64,000 nucleotides of DNA from Balanoglossus misakiensis (taxonomy: Eukaryota > Animalia > Hemichordata). The notes below the pieces were generated by a model, which was not told where the DNA came from, ran no database searches, and saw nothing but the letters and a program-made list of their open reading frames with translations. Shown piece after piece: positions 52,801-64,000 of this stretch. Position 1 is the stretch's first letter. Each line of letters begins with the position of its first letter. Where the stretch lies: assembly GCA_040954595.2 (NCBI GenBank), contig CM082590.2, positions 9,760,088-9,824,087 of the forward strand, given 5' to 3'. A program made the translations under genes and the position numbers.

Positions 52801-54046
52801 ACTCAAGCATCACACGCAGTCGATGGAGATGTTGATTCCTCATTCTGCCATGGCTCTTGTATTGTGACCCAACTGGAGTTCGAACCTTGGTACAGAATTG
52901 ACCTCGTGAAGTCTCGTTCTATTTACTTCGTCACCGTCGTCACTTCTGAGGACTGCTTGGATGGTGAGTTTCCTAAATCAGAAACAACAGTTTTAAATTT
53001 TTATTTGCACAGAAATGTTGTCCAGCTTTCAGCAACAACACACAACACTTCACCTGTCAGATGCATTGGCATTTTCTACATAAAGAACACATTCATAAAA
53101 CTGGCTCAAGACTCTTATTTTTTGACAAAAAACTATTTCACCACATTGCTGGAGAACTTGTTGATAGTCCTTTTTATCAGGTAGTGCAATAATACAATTT
53201 TCTGGATAAAACTTACTTCAAATAATACTTCAATATATGAATTTATGCCAGGTGAAATGTCCCATGATTATTTTTACAGTAACACCTGTCTCAATTAAAC
53301 ACCAAAGGGACTAAAGAAACTTTTCAGTTTGCAGAGGTGTCCGGTTTATAGAGGTTTGTTTAACATGTGGCTCTATGTCAAAGGGACAGGAAAATGTGTT
53401 TGGTATAGACAGGTTTCCAGATTAAGATAGAGTTCGGTTTAGACAGGTTTTACTTTTGATTTGTTTCATTGCATTGACAGCGCAACCACTCCTTGGAGCT
53501 GAAATCCGTGTGGGCAATTTCCTGGACTTCCGGAAGAACCGCCTGTGTGGCGTCATAACACAAGACACTTCCGGATCAGCGTCTATCGACATGGAATGTC
53601 TCAGTGGCCCACTGATTGGTCGATATGTCACGGTGCAAGTGCGATGCAAGGAGACACGATTGTACCTGTGTGAACTACAGGTGTGGACGGATGATGTCGA
53701 TAGGGAACTCGATGATGGTGTTGATTTTGGTGACCCGTGTTATCACAGTCCAGGAAATGCTGGTAAGTTTGCAATTATCAGAGGATATAAATCTCTGCAG
53801 TGTTCATTAAAGATGTGTGTGATAATTAAGTTGTCAATGCATTTTGACATTAAAGGCAGACGATTGTCTAAAATATGAGCATGTGCGTAATTTCGTATTT
53901 ATGCACCGAATAAGTAGATTTTAGTTTTGTCCCTTCTTTTCACCTGATTTGCTGTCTTGTCCCTGATCTCCAACACAGACTGTGGTCACCACCATCTTGT
54001 CTGTTGTCAGGACAACGCACTGCCATATGGCAGTGACTGGATATAA
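43893..54046 (+). CDS. Secreted multi-domain lectin-like protein (~1216 aa): signal peptide, 3 pentraxin domains, Pro/Thr (PTPAP)n stalk, F-type lectin (fucolectin/FTP) domain, Cys-rich tail
   Basis: 12 exons with consistent phases: 43893-43974, 44908-45272, 47844-48023, 48431-48542, 48743-49269, 49594-49720, 50017-50555, 50808-50913, 51218-52246, 52730-52963, 53481-53762, 53979-54046 (TAA); AATAAA at 54161. Pentraxin motifs: [39 protein letters not shown]-type lectin motifs: [46 protein letters not shown]. Confidence 0.92.
44385..44680. repeat. Complex (CT)n microsatellite
   Basis: CT runs punctuated by caacc and ctgt. Confidence 0.9.
45389..45589. mobile_element. Imperfect palindromic MITE-like element (~95-bp arms)
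   Basis: tacatgtg...cttccatcccacttgtag...gccaaaatgaataa pairs with ttattcattttggc...ctacaaatgggatggaag...cacatgta. Confidence 0.7.
47677..47761. mobile_element. Tiny piggyBac-like MITE (TTAA TSD, CCC...GGG termini); related copies at ~5318-5390 and ~52578-52669
   Basis: ttaa|ccctttcacc ... ggtgaaaggg|ttaa. Confidence 0.75.
51259..51850 (+). repeat. Coding 15-bp minisatellite encoding ~39 x PTPAP
   Basis: Unit cc(c/t/a)acaccagcccct with mostly synonymous variation, inside exon 9. Confidence 0.95.
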
Positions 54047-54287
54047 TTTTTGAACATTAACCATTTCCTTTAATTTTAATTTCAGTTCAACAAGGAGGCC
54101 AGGTTCCAAATATGTTCTCACAATTTCAACAATTCATGTTCAACATGTGTTGTTCCTCCAAATAAAACCAAGATCCACATCAGCCCACCACTGTTACCAT
54201 GGAGAGGTGCTGGGTTTTTGTCTAATTAATTTTGTCTCGAGTAGATGAAAAATGAAACACTAATCTATGTCCTGTATTTCATGGAAT

Positions 54288-54720
54288 TTTAGTTGATAAT
54301 GTATATTTGAAGTAACTCATAAGTAGTATTAAAATTGGGATTGCCTGCAGTCACCTGTCTGTCAGTCTTTGCGTGTGTGTGTGTGCATAACAACAGTACA
54401 TAACTTTAGTTGATAATGTATATTTGAAGTAACTCATAAGTAGTATTAAAATTGGGATAGTTGTTCCATGGAATTGCCTGCTGAAGTCACCTGTCTGTCA
54501 GTCTTTGCGTGTGTGTGTGCGCATAACAACAGTGTGTATGTGTGTGCATAACAACAGTACATAACTTTAGTTGATAATGTATATTTGAAGTAACTCATAA
54601 GTAGTATTAAAATTGCGATAGTTGTTCCATGGCATTGCCTGCTGAAGTCACCTGTCTGTCAGTCTTTGCGTGTGTGTGTGCGCATAACAACAGTGTGTAT
54701 GTGTGTGCATAACAACAGTA
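54288..54720. repeat. Three-copy tandem repeat (~120-160-bp units with GT runs)
   Basis: tttagttgataatgtatatttgaagtaactcataagtagtattaaaattg occurs at ~54288, ~54405 and ~54566. Confidence 0.85.
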
Positions 54721-56644
54721 CTTCCGGGTTGCAGACTCCCCCCCCCCCCCCCCCCCCCCCTATCACGAACGATACTGCTGATGTGTAAAAGCCAGTTACA
54801 ATTATGATGCATCAACTTACTCTTCCTTATATGAAGGTCCACGGGTTTTCCAGGATTCTTGATTCCACAGTCACGACAGCCACCAACCAGATACAACCAC
54901 GATGCAAGTTAGGTGGATGGGCGCCGCCATTTTGAATTAATGTCAACAACTGAGGTCAACAGGGGTTAACTTCCGGTCAATATTTAATACAAATCGAACT
55001 GTGATGGCGCACTCGTGCTGCATTCTGATTGGCTAACAGGGTTTGGAAATGATAAAATCCATATTTTCAACCCCCTGACTACCTGTAGGGTCAGAAAATT
55101 CCGATATTATGCTAAAATTACTAAGGATTCAATTACTAAGGATATGTACTTTGGTATAGGGTTACATGGCTGTTGGATATCAAGGTAAGTGTAGTGAACT
55201 TTTGAAATAGACGGCTGAAATAAACAAGGCGGCATCCGTTTACTATTCAACTTGTTTTTATTTATATTTACAGATGGCTAAAATCAGAGGTAGGTAAAGT
55301 GTTTGTGTGTATACCTATCAGTTAACTCACTGCAATGGACACCTCTGGGTTTGAGTGTAAAATCATGAAAATAGTGCATTCATGAAGTCAAAGTACAGAA
55401 GTACATTTTCCAAAACGATTGTTTAATACTTGGCAAAATGTCTTTGATGGAAAATACAAACAGCTAGACTATATTACAGAGCATTGAAGTTGTTCACACT
55501 CTAAAAATCAAAGTCTCCTTACAAGTTTTATCACGTACATGTTGCTCAAGAGATCTTAAAATTCTCTCTGAAATTGAGAATAAAAAATGGGTGGGTCACA
55601 ATGCAAAATTATGAGAGGACAAATGTTTATCAAATCTTAAATTCTAAACAGCTACTAGTCTATGTGTTAGAATATTTAGAGTCGTGACTTTTTTTGAAAA
55701 CAAGATAGTGAACAACACTTGTACAAAACTTCTGACACTAAGCATCGAAATGTTTGAAGAAATGTCATTTTTTCCAAATCTATCCTGAGGTGCACACTAC
55801 CTTATAATAGAACCGATTCAAAAGTTTCCAACCACAAAATATACATATATGTTGGTATTTACAAATACTGTCCAAGAAAAAACGTTTGATGTCAATTGGA
55901 AAAAGTAGAGGATACATGGTATTTGCATTGAGAAACTGTACAATACTGCACTTATCAAAACATAAAGTGTTGAAAATTTTAACAAATTTTACTTTGTCAT
56001 GGTACAAAATTACAGAACGACCCCTTTACTTTAGCGTTATGGGAGGACATATTCTCATCAAGGGGGACACCCACGTGGCGCGACGACCCCTTCCTTTCAA
56101 GCTGATTATAGAGAATGTCATAATTTGCTAAAATAGTCTTGCTAATTCAAATTTCTTACAGCATGGAATTCTCATTCAATTGTCAAGATCTGTGAAGTGT
56201 TTACATGTATTTGGTAAAGACGTTGTCATGAGGTAGATTTAGTTAAATTCACCTGACTTTCTGCAAATACAATAATTTGGTATCCAACAGAATGAAAGTG
56301 GAAAAGACCTATCAAAAAGAAATACAAATTGATGTACATATAGTACATCAGAGCTTGTGTTTAACTTTCAGTTATGGTTCATCATTTGTAAGAGAGTTGA
56401 GCAGTGGCACACAAGTTCTAACAATGAAATATCTCTCAAGTTTATCTCTGATGTTTTGCACAACTGATGACAGATTTCAATTAAATATTGCATAATTGTT
56501 ATTGTGCATGAAATTTTCTTTGCACCAGACTTTTTTACAACCAGATATTTGAAAAATCCTGGTCATCAATCAGTATGCGTCACTCCATTCTGTAGTAAAT
56601 TTACGAGATGTACACTGACCAAATTGTTCGTGTTACCATGGAGA

Positions 56645-59600
56645 TCAGTCTGTGAAAGGAGGGAGTATGTACTCATCGTCATAGAGACGCCTGTAGTTGC
56701 GAGCGTAGATGAACAAAAGGAGGGACCACTTCCACGTCAAAAACACCCAAACACAAGTCACATAATAACCGTACGGTGACTCTAATGGTAAGATGCCTGA
56801 AACAAAAAAAGTATTAATAAGTAACAAGGTCAATTTGTCCTGTTTATTACCATGAGTTTAAAAAACACCTCCAGGAAACAATTTCACATGAAAAGCCATC
56901 ATGAGACGCAGAAAACACTGTCCAACTCCTAACTGGAAACCTTTCTATGAAAACCTACAATAAAAACCTTCTCTATAGAGGTGGCCACTAACACAGGTTC
57001 GACTGAAGTCTCGGTTACCAAGAGCCCTCTGCTTCTTCCGTTGGGCACTCCAGAAAGAGGGTCTCTTGAAACGCCATAGACAAATCTCCGGGCAAGGATG
57101 GCCGACTTGAGACAAAAGCGATGTATGATGGTCGACATTTATAACATTTGATATTATGATATGACGATATCAGAAAAATATTTACCAAACTTCTCTCTCT
57201 CTTTTCAATTTATAGACAGTTTCAGCAGGTCCAGCACTTCTCAGCATGTTTTTTTATGTTTGAGGCTGCAACCATCAGGCATCACTTCTGTCTCAAGTTG
57301 GCCATCTTTGCCCGGAGATTTGTCTATGGTGTTTTCCCAGACCCTCTTTCTGGAGTTCCCAACGGAAGAAGCAGAGGGCTCTGGGTAACCGAGACTAGTT
57401 CGACTGTACCATTCCATCCATAGTGAAATATGGGATATAAATTACATACCTTGGTGTTGAACGATTGCAAGGCTGAGATAAACTCCGAAAGCAGGAATAC
57501 ATCCCAGCATAATGATGAAGCCAAGCACCTCAAAATAACCCAGCGAATGGTACCATTTGCGCCACCAGTCTTTCAAGTGTTGTATGTGTATTACCAGCAC
57601 CAGTGCGGCAAAAATAGCTGTAAGATAAGTGACATATGAATATGCTTAAATCTCCATTAGCTGTATTTTTTTGCTGTGTTTAAGCTTTTTTGTTTTATGT
57701 ATGTACTGCAATTTCTTGTTTAAATCCCTGAAGCATGATGAACTGTCTAGTATCCAGCTTATCAACACAACCTATTTGTGTAACTTTAGCACTGTTATTG
57801 TGCCAAATTTGAATTAAAGTCCGGACTAGGATTCATTTGTCAACAATAACAATGGCCGTTTGTCAACACTTATAATGTCCGTTTGTCAACAATAACATTG
57901 GCCGTTTGTCAACAATAACAATGGCCGTTTGTCAACAACAACAATGGCCATTATTAATGTTGACAAACAGCCATTATTAATGTTGACAAACGGCCATTGT
58001 TGTTGTTGACAAACGGCCATTATTAGTGTTGACAAACAGCCATTGTTATTGTTGACAAACAACCATTGTTATTGTTGACAAACGACCATTGTTATTGTTG
58101 ACAAACAGCCAATGTTATTGTTGACAAATGACCATTATTAGTGTTGACAAATGGCCGTTGTTATTGTTGACAAACAGCCATTATTAATGTTGACAAACGG
58201 CCATTGTTGTTGTTGACAAACGGCCATTGTTGTTGTTGACAAACGGCCATTATTAGTGTTGACAAACAGCCATTATTAATGTTGACAAACGGCCATTGTT
58301 GTTGTTGACAAACGGCCATTATAAGTGTTGTCAAACAGCCATTGTTATTGTTGACAAACGACCATTGTTATTGTTGACAAACGACCATTGTTATTGTTGA
58401 CAAACAGCCAATGTTATTGTTGACAAATGACCATTATTAGTGTTGACAAATGGACATTGTTATTGTTGACAAACAGCCATTATTAATGTTGACAAACTGC
58501 CATTGTTGTTGTTGACAAACGGCCATTGTTGTTGTTGACAAACGGCCATTATTAGTGTTGACAAACAGCGATTGTTATCGTTGACAAACAGCCAATGTTA
58601 TTGTTGACAAAGGACCATTGATATTGTTGACAAACGGCCATTGTTATTGTTGACAAATGGCCATTGTTATTGTTGACAAACGGCCATTGGTATTGTTGAC
58701 AAACGGCCATTGTTGTTGTTGACAAATGGCCATTGTTATTGTTGACAAACGGCCATTGTTATTGTTGACAAACAGCCATTATTAATGTTGACAAACGGCC
58801 ATTGTTGTTGTTGACAAACGGCCATTATTAGTGTTAAAAACAGCCATTGTTATTGTTGACAAACAGCCAATGTTATTGTTGACAAACGACCATTGTTATT
58901 GTTGACAAACAGCCATTATTAATGTTGACAAACAGCCATTATTAATGTTGACAAACGGCCATTATTAGTGTTGACAAACAGCCATTGTTATTGTTGACAA
59001 ACAGCCAATGTTATTGTTGACAAACGACCATTGTTATTGTTGACAAACAGCCAATAACAATGGCTGTTTGTCAACATTAATTATGGCCGTTTGTCAACAA
59101 CAATGGCCGTTTGTCAACAACAACAATGGCCGTTTGTCAACAATAACAATGGCCGTTTGTCAACAATACCAATGGCAGTTTGTCAACAATAACAATGGCT
59201 GTTTGTCAACAACAACAATGGCCGTTTGTCAACAATAACAATGGCCGTTTGTCAACAATATCAATGGCCGTCTGTCAACAATAACAATGGCTGTTTGTCA
59301 ACATTAATAATGGCTGTTTGTCAACAACAACAGTGGCCGTTTGTCAACAATAACAATGGCTGTTTGTCAACAATAACAATGGCTGTTTGTCAACAATAAC
59401 AATGGCTGTTTGTCAACAATATCAATGGCTGTCTGTCAACAACAACAATGGCCGTTTGTCAACATTAATAATGGCTGTTTGTCAACAATAACAATGGCCG
59501 TTTGTCAATAATAACAATGGCTGTTTGTCAACAATAACAATGGCCGTTTGTCAACAATAACAATGGCTGTTTGTAAACAACAACAATTTAGAATGTTGGA

Positions 59601-59964
59601 CAAGGGGGAAAATCACATTTTAGAAGGGTGGATAGAGGGAGGGTCACATTTATTAGTTTAGGTGTGCTCTGAATCCAATCGCCCCCCCCCCCTCTGTAAT
59701 TACTGGACGCTCCCTTACAAGTTACCGGCACCATGTACTATGCCGGCACTCAGCATTCATGTAGTATATACCGTTGATGTAAGACTGCTTCGACCTTTTA
59801 ATAAGCGCAACAAAAACTAAGATCTTACCACTCACACCACCCCAGGCCGCAGCATGGTAGTTTTTAAGCCCGACTCCAAACGCAAACAAGGCGAGAACAC
59901 CGACTACAATCCCGATTATTGCAACAGACAACCGGCACCGCATTGCTCCTTTGGAGGGCGCCAT
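56645..59964 (-). CDS. SLC48A1: Heme transporter HRG1 (SLC48A1 orthologue), 151 aa, 4 TM
   Basis: Exons 59964-59829, 57617-57450 and 56796-56645 give MAPSKGAMRCRLSVAIIGIVVGVLALFAFGVGLKNYHAAAWGGVSAIFAALVLVIHIQHLKDWWRKWYHSLGYFEVLGFIIMLGCIPAFGVYLSLAIVQHQGILPLESPYGYYVTCVWVFLTWKWSLLLFIYARNYRRLYDDEYILPPFTD*. It retains the TM2 His, DxWRxW, the exoplasmic-loop His (LAIVQHQ), KW and the YARNY (FARKY-type) motif. Confidence 0.95.
57006..57397. mobile_element. MITE with ~110-bp TIRs and a 9-bp TSD (Mutator-like), inserted into the terminus of another MITE
   Basis: TSD gttcgactg at 56997-57005 and 57398-57406. TIRs agtctcggttacc...cttgagaca and tgtctcaag...ggtaaccgagact. Confidence 0.85.
57835..59587. 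repeat. 23-bp minisatellite (~75 units) with two orientation switches, in HRG1 intron 1
   Basis: The unit gtttgtcaacaataacaatggcc runs forward at 57835-~57948, reversed at ~57948-59052 and forward again at ~59053-59587. Confidence 0.95.
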
Positions 59965-61954
59965 CTTGTAACTGACCTTTGAACCCAAATCTACAGTCTC
60001 AAACTTCGGTTAAACGGCCCTTTCTGCAAGTTTTCCAGGCCAATATCGGTGTAAGCTGAGGGCGAGGGACGTTATTCACCGTCCTTAAAGTTTCAATGTA
60101 TCTAATAAAATGATATACTGTCATCAGAGGTTTTGGGATGTGGTATAACAGTCGAAATTTGGGTAGTTTCGTTAAAGTGTGTGAGTTGAAACATACACAT
60201 AAAAAATGGTCCCCCTATTCAAACTTTTTAAGCAATATGGTCTTGGTTCTATCTGGAGGAAGGTCCTTCAGAGTCTATGATGTAGTTTATTTGGTACCAG
60301 GCCTTTATCTTTTGCGGGGGGGGGGGGAGGGGGGGGGCTATATTTGTTTTTCAAAATTCGACATTGTGTTGCGAGACTAAATAAAATTTTGATTGAAAAA
60401 AATGTTATTGTCTGTGCAAGCCACGGTGTACCCAATCTGATTATATCAGATGTAGGGAACGGCGACTTGGTTTGTTTATGCTGTCGCCTCACTACCGTTT
60501 CTCTCTTTCTTGTTTTTGTTTGCAGAATATAAACCATTTTCAAAAATTGTAATCCTTTCTGCAAATTTCCAAGGCAACGTCTGGATTATAGTGTTTGCGT
60601 TATGAGGAAAGTCCATACAATGAGTTCTCCAAACAACGATTTAAAATCAATAAATATTTGCTTTATTTCACCTTTCGCCTCAATTTGGCGTATTTATTAC
60701 ATTAGATACAAAATATATACATTTCAGAATAAAAGCAAAGGGTATACATGACATAGGCCTATATAAAATAGCTTCTAGAAAGTTTACTGTCACAGAAAAA
60801 TTGAAACAACATAAGTACATCTCAATGCATTGAAAATAATCTTAAAACAACGTGAATAGAAAAAATCATATACACTACCGAGCACATATGAGTCATGGTG
60901 ATTAGGAAAGATTTCAGTTATTTACATTGAAATATAAACATATTATCCTTTGTGCAAATATGAACAGCTGTCCAATCTCACTTTTCCAACCTCTGCACAA
61001 TTATTTTACTGGTGATAATAATTGGCAACAGATCTGCTGGAGAGTTCACACGTTTCTGATTAACATCCTGCACTTGAAACATTTTGCAGTATTAAAATGC
61101 CAGATGGCGTTGGCTATTTAACACAACTGGAAACTTTCACAGGGAGACATCATTGTCACCAGATTATCCAGGGTATAACGCATAGGACGAGACAGGGCGA
61201 TCATCAACCGTGGAAAGAAGTAAGTACTGATACGTTCCATCTGCTTTATTCTGTTAAAAAATAATTAAAACAACTATTAGAACTGAAAAAATTGTACAAA
61301 GTGTGTTACATTGTTCAAATTTCAGTTTGTGAATAATTTGACAAAGTTAGATAATTTTACCATCCTGATATCTTTGAATTTAACTTACCTCTTCCACTCG
61401 ATGTTTCGAACTAACTGTAAGAGTCTTGAATACTTGAATTTGCAGCAACCTTCTCAGCTCCAAGAACACACGTTCACATACTAGTCAGCACCACACATAT
61501 TTCTCCCAACCTTCAATTACAACAACGACAATAATAAATTGAATTAGTGCGCATGTTTTAATTCAATCATCAAACAATAACCATACAATGAAATCTCACT
61601 TTGGCTGTTATTCTAAATGCAATATGCCTCCAAAGAAGATACAGAAATTATGCACTCTCACTGGCTAACCAGATATTAACTCACTCAGGTAAGATAAAAA
61701 GAATTACAAAGGCAATGGTCAATGAACTAAACATCACCTAAAGGGTGAGATTCTGAGGCGCGCGTATTTGTTTCATACTTTAACTATAAAATCAAGACAC
61801 GCTGGGTTGATAGCTGTCCTTTGGATAATAAAATAATAATCACAGTTCTGCTTTTACTTCTCCATCCAGATGATGTTCAAACAGGAAGCGCTGTTAGTCG
61901 TCACGTTATGATTGACGTCACTGGAGACCTGAAAGAAAAAAAATGCACATATTT

Positions 61955-64000
61955 AGCTCATGAAAATCATCAATAAATGACAATTTTTCGACTTTGAAAA
62001 TTTTCAAAAATTCTTCATTTTTGATAAAAATCATGGGTTATAGCTCATGAAAATCATCAAAAAATGACAATTTTTCGACTTTGCGGAATTTCAAAATTTG
62101 GCCGATTTTTGAAAAAAACATGGGTTATAGCTCATGAAAATCATCAAAAAATGACAATTTTTCGACTTTGCGGAATTTCAAAATTTGGCCGATTCTTGAA
62201 AAAACCATGGGTTATAGCTCATGAAAATCATCAAAAAATGACAATTTTTCGACTTTGCGGAATTTCAAAATTTGGCCGATTTTTGAAAAAACCATGGGTT
62301 ATAGCTCATGAAAATCATCAAAAAATGACAATTTTTCGACTTTGCGGAATTTCAAAATTTGGCCGATTTTTGAAAAAACCATGGGTTATAGCTCATGAAA
62401 ATCATCAAAAAATGACAATTTTTCGACTTTGCGGAATTTCAAAATTTGGCCAATTTTGAAAAAAAAACCATGGGTTATAGCTCATGAAAATCATCAAAAA
62501 ATGACAATTTTTCGACTTTGCGGAAATTTCAAAATTTGGCCGATTTTTGAAAAAACCATGGGTTATAGCTCATGAAAATCATCAAAAAATGACAATTTTT
62601 CGACTTTGCGGAATTTCAAAATTTGGCAGATTTTTGAAAAAACCATGGGTTATAGCTCATGAAAATGACAATTTTTCGACTTTGCGGAATTTCAAAATTT
62701 GCCCGATTTTTGAAAAAACCATGGGTTATAGCTCATGAAAATCATCAAAAAATGACAATTTTTCGACTTTGCGGAATTTCAAAATTTGGCCGATTTTTGA
62801 AAAAACCATGGGTTATAGCTCATGAAAATCATCAAAAAATGACAATTTTTCGACTTTGCGGAATTTCAAAATTTGGCCGATTTTTGAAAAAACCATGGGT
62901 TATAGCTCATGAAAATCATCAAAAAATGACAATTTTTCGACTTTGCGGAATTTCAAAATTTGGCCGATTTTTGAAAAAACCATGGGTTATAGCTCATGAA
63001 AATCATCAAAAAATGACAATTTTTCGACTTTGCGGAATTTCGAAATTTGGCCGATTTTTGAAAAAACCATGGGTTATAGCTCATGAAAATCATCAAAAAA
63101 TGACAATTTTTCGACTTTGCGGAATTTCAAAATTTGGCCGATTTTTGAAAAAACCATGGGTTATAGCTCATGAAAATCATCAAAAAATGACAATTTTTCG
63201 ACTTTGCGGAATTTCAAAATTTGGCAGATTTTTGAAAAAACCATGGGTTATAGCTCATGAAAATAATCAAAAAATGACAATTTTTCGACTTTGCGGAATT
63301 TCGAAATTTGGCCGATTTTTGAAAAAACCATGGGTTATAGCTAATGAAAATCATCAAAAAATGACAATTTTTCGACTTTGCGGAATTTCGAAATTTGGCC
63401 GATTTTTGAAAAAACCATGGGTTATAGCTCATGAAAATCATCAAAAAATGACAATTTTTCGACTTTGCGGAATTTCGAAATTTGGCCGATTTTTGAAAAA
63501 ACCATGGGTTATAGCTCATGAAAATCATCAAAAAATGACAATTTTTCGACTTTGCGGAATTTCGAAATTTGGCCGATTTTTGAAAAAACCATGGGTTATA
63601 GCTCATGAAAATCATCAAAAAATGACAATTTTTCGACTTTGCGGAATTTCGAAATTTGGCCGATTTTTGAAAAAACCATGGGTTATAGCTCATGAAAATC
63701 ATCAAAAAATGACAATTTTTCGACTTTGCGGAATTTCAAAATTTGGCCGATTTTTGAAAAAACCATGGGTTATAGCTCATGAAAATCATCAAAAAATGAC
63801 AATTTTTCGACTTTGCGGAATTTCGAAATTTGGCCGATTTTTGAAAAAACCATGGGTTATAGCTCATGAAAATCATCAAAAAATGACAATTTTTCGACTT
63901 TGCGGAATTTCGAAATTTGGCCGATTTTTGAAAAAACCATGGGTTATAGCTCATGAAAATCATCAAAAAATGACAATTTTTCGACTTTGCGGAATTTCAA
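61955..64000 (-). repeat. 87-bp satellite array (>=23 monomers, runs off the window), related to and inverted relative to the 88-bp satellite
   Basis: Unit atagctcatgaaaatcatcaaaaaatgacaatttttcgactttgcggaatttcaaaatttggccgatttttgaaaaaaccatgggtt. Its reverse complement shares gattttcatgagctataacccatggttttt and cgcaaagtcgaaaaat with the 88-bp unit. Confidence 0.96.

Noticed and set aside
62064-63966. ORFs with 29-aa repeats (MTIFRLCGISKF..., MIFMSYNPWFF...)
   Set aside because: These are by-products of an 87-bp unit (divisible by 3). They are open on both strands and broken by indels.

Overview
AT-rich, intron-containing animal genomic DNA, probably from a marine invertebrate (the species cannot be determined here). 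Four spliced protein-coding genes can be rebuilt from GT-AG exons with consistent phases. (1) An MCC (colorectal mutant cancer protein) orthologue on +, 13 exons, 6254-16979, ending in the PDZ-binding tail ETSL. (2) A C2H2 zinc-finger gene on -, 39516-42875, with a duplicated N-terminal module. (3) A secreted ~1216-aa protein on +, 43893-54046: three pentraxin domains, a (PTPAP)n stalk and an F-type lectin domain. (4) The heme transporter HRG1/SLC48A1 on -, 56645-59964. The most unusual non-coding structure is a compound macrosatellite at 26241-38097, with five copies of [~990-bp octamer-rich spacer + 11-18 monomers of an 88-bp satellite]. A related 87-bp array lies in inverted orientation at 61955-64000, and a solo spacer copy and a solo monomer lie at 18.3-20.2 kb. 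A 'tRNA-like unit + conserved hairpin' module occurs on each side of the macrosatellite (23.4-23.9 kb and 38.2-38.4 kb). The window also holds an L2/CR1-type LINE fragment, several MITEs, fold-back palindromes and a minisatellite that switches orientation. All calls were made by eye, and no database searches were run.
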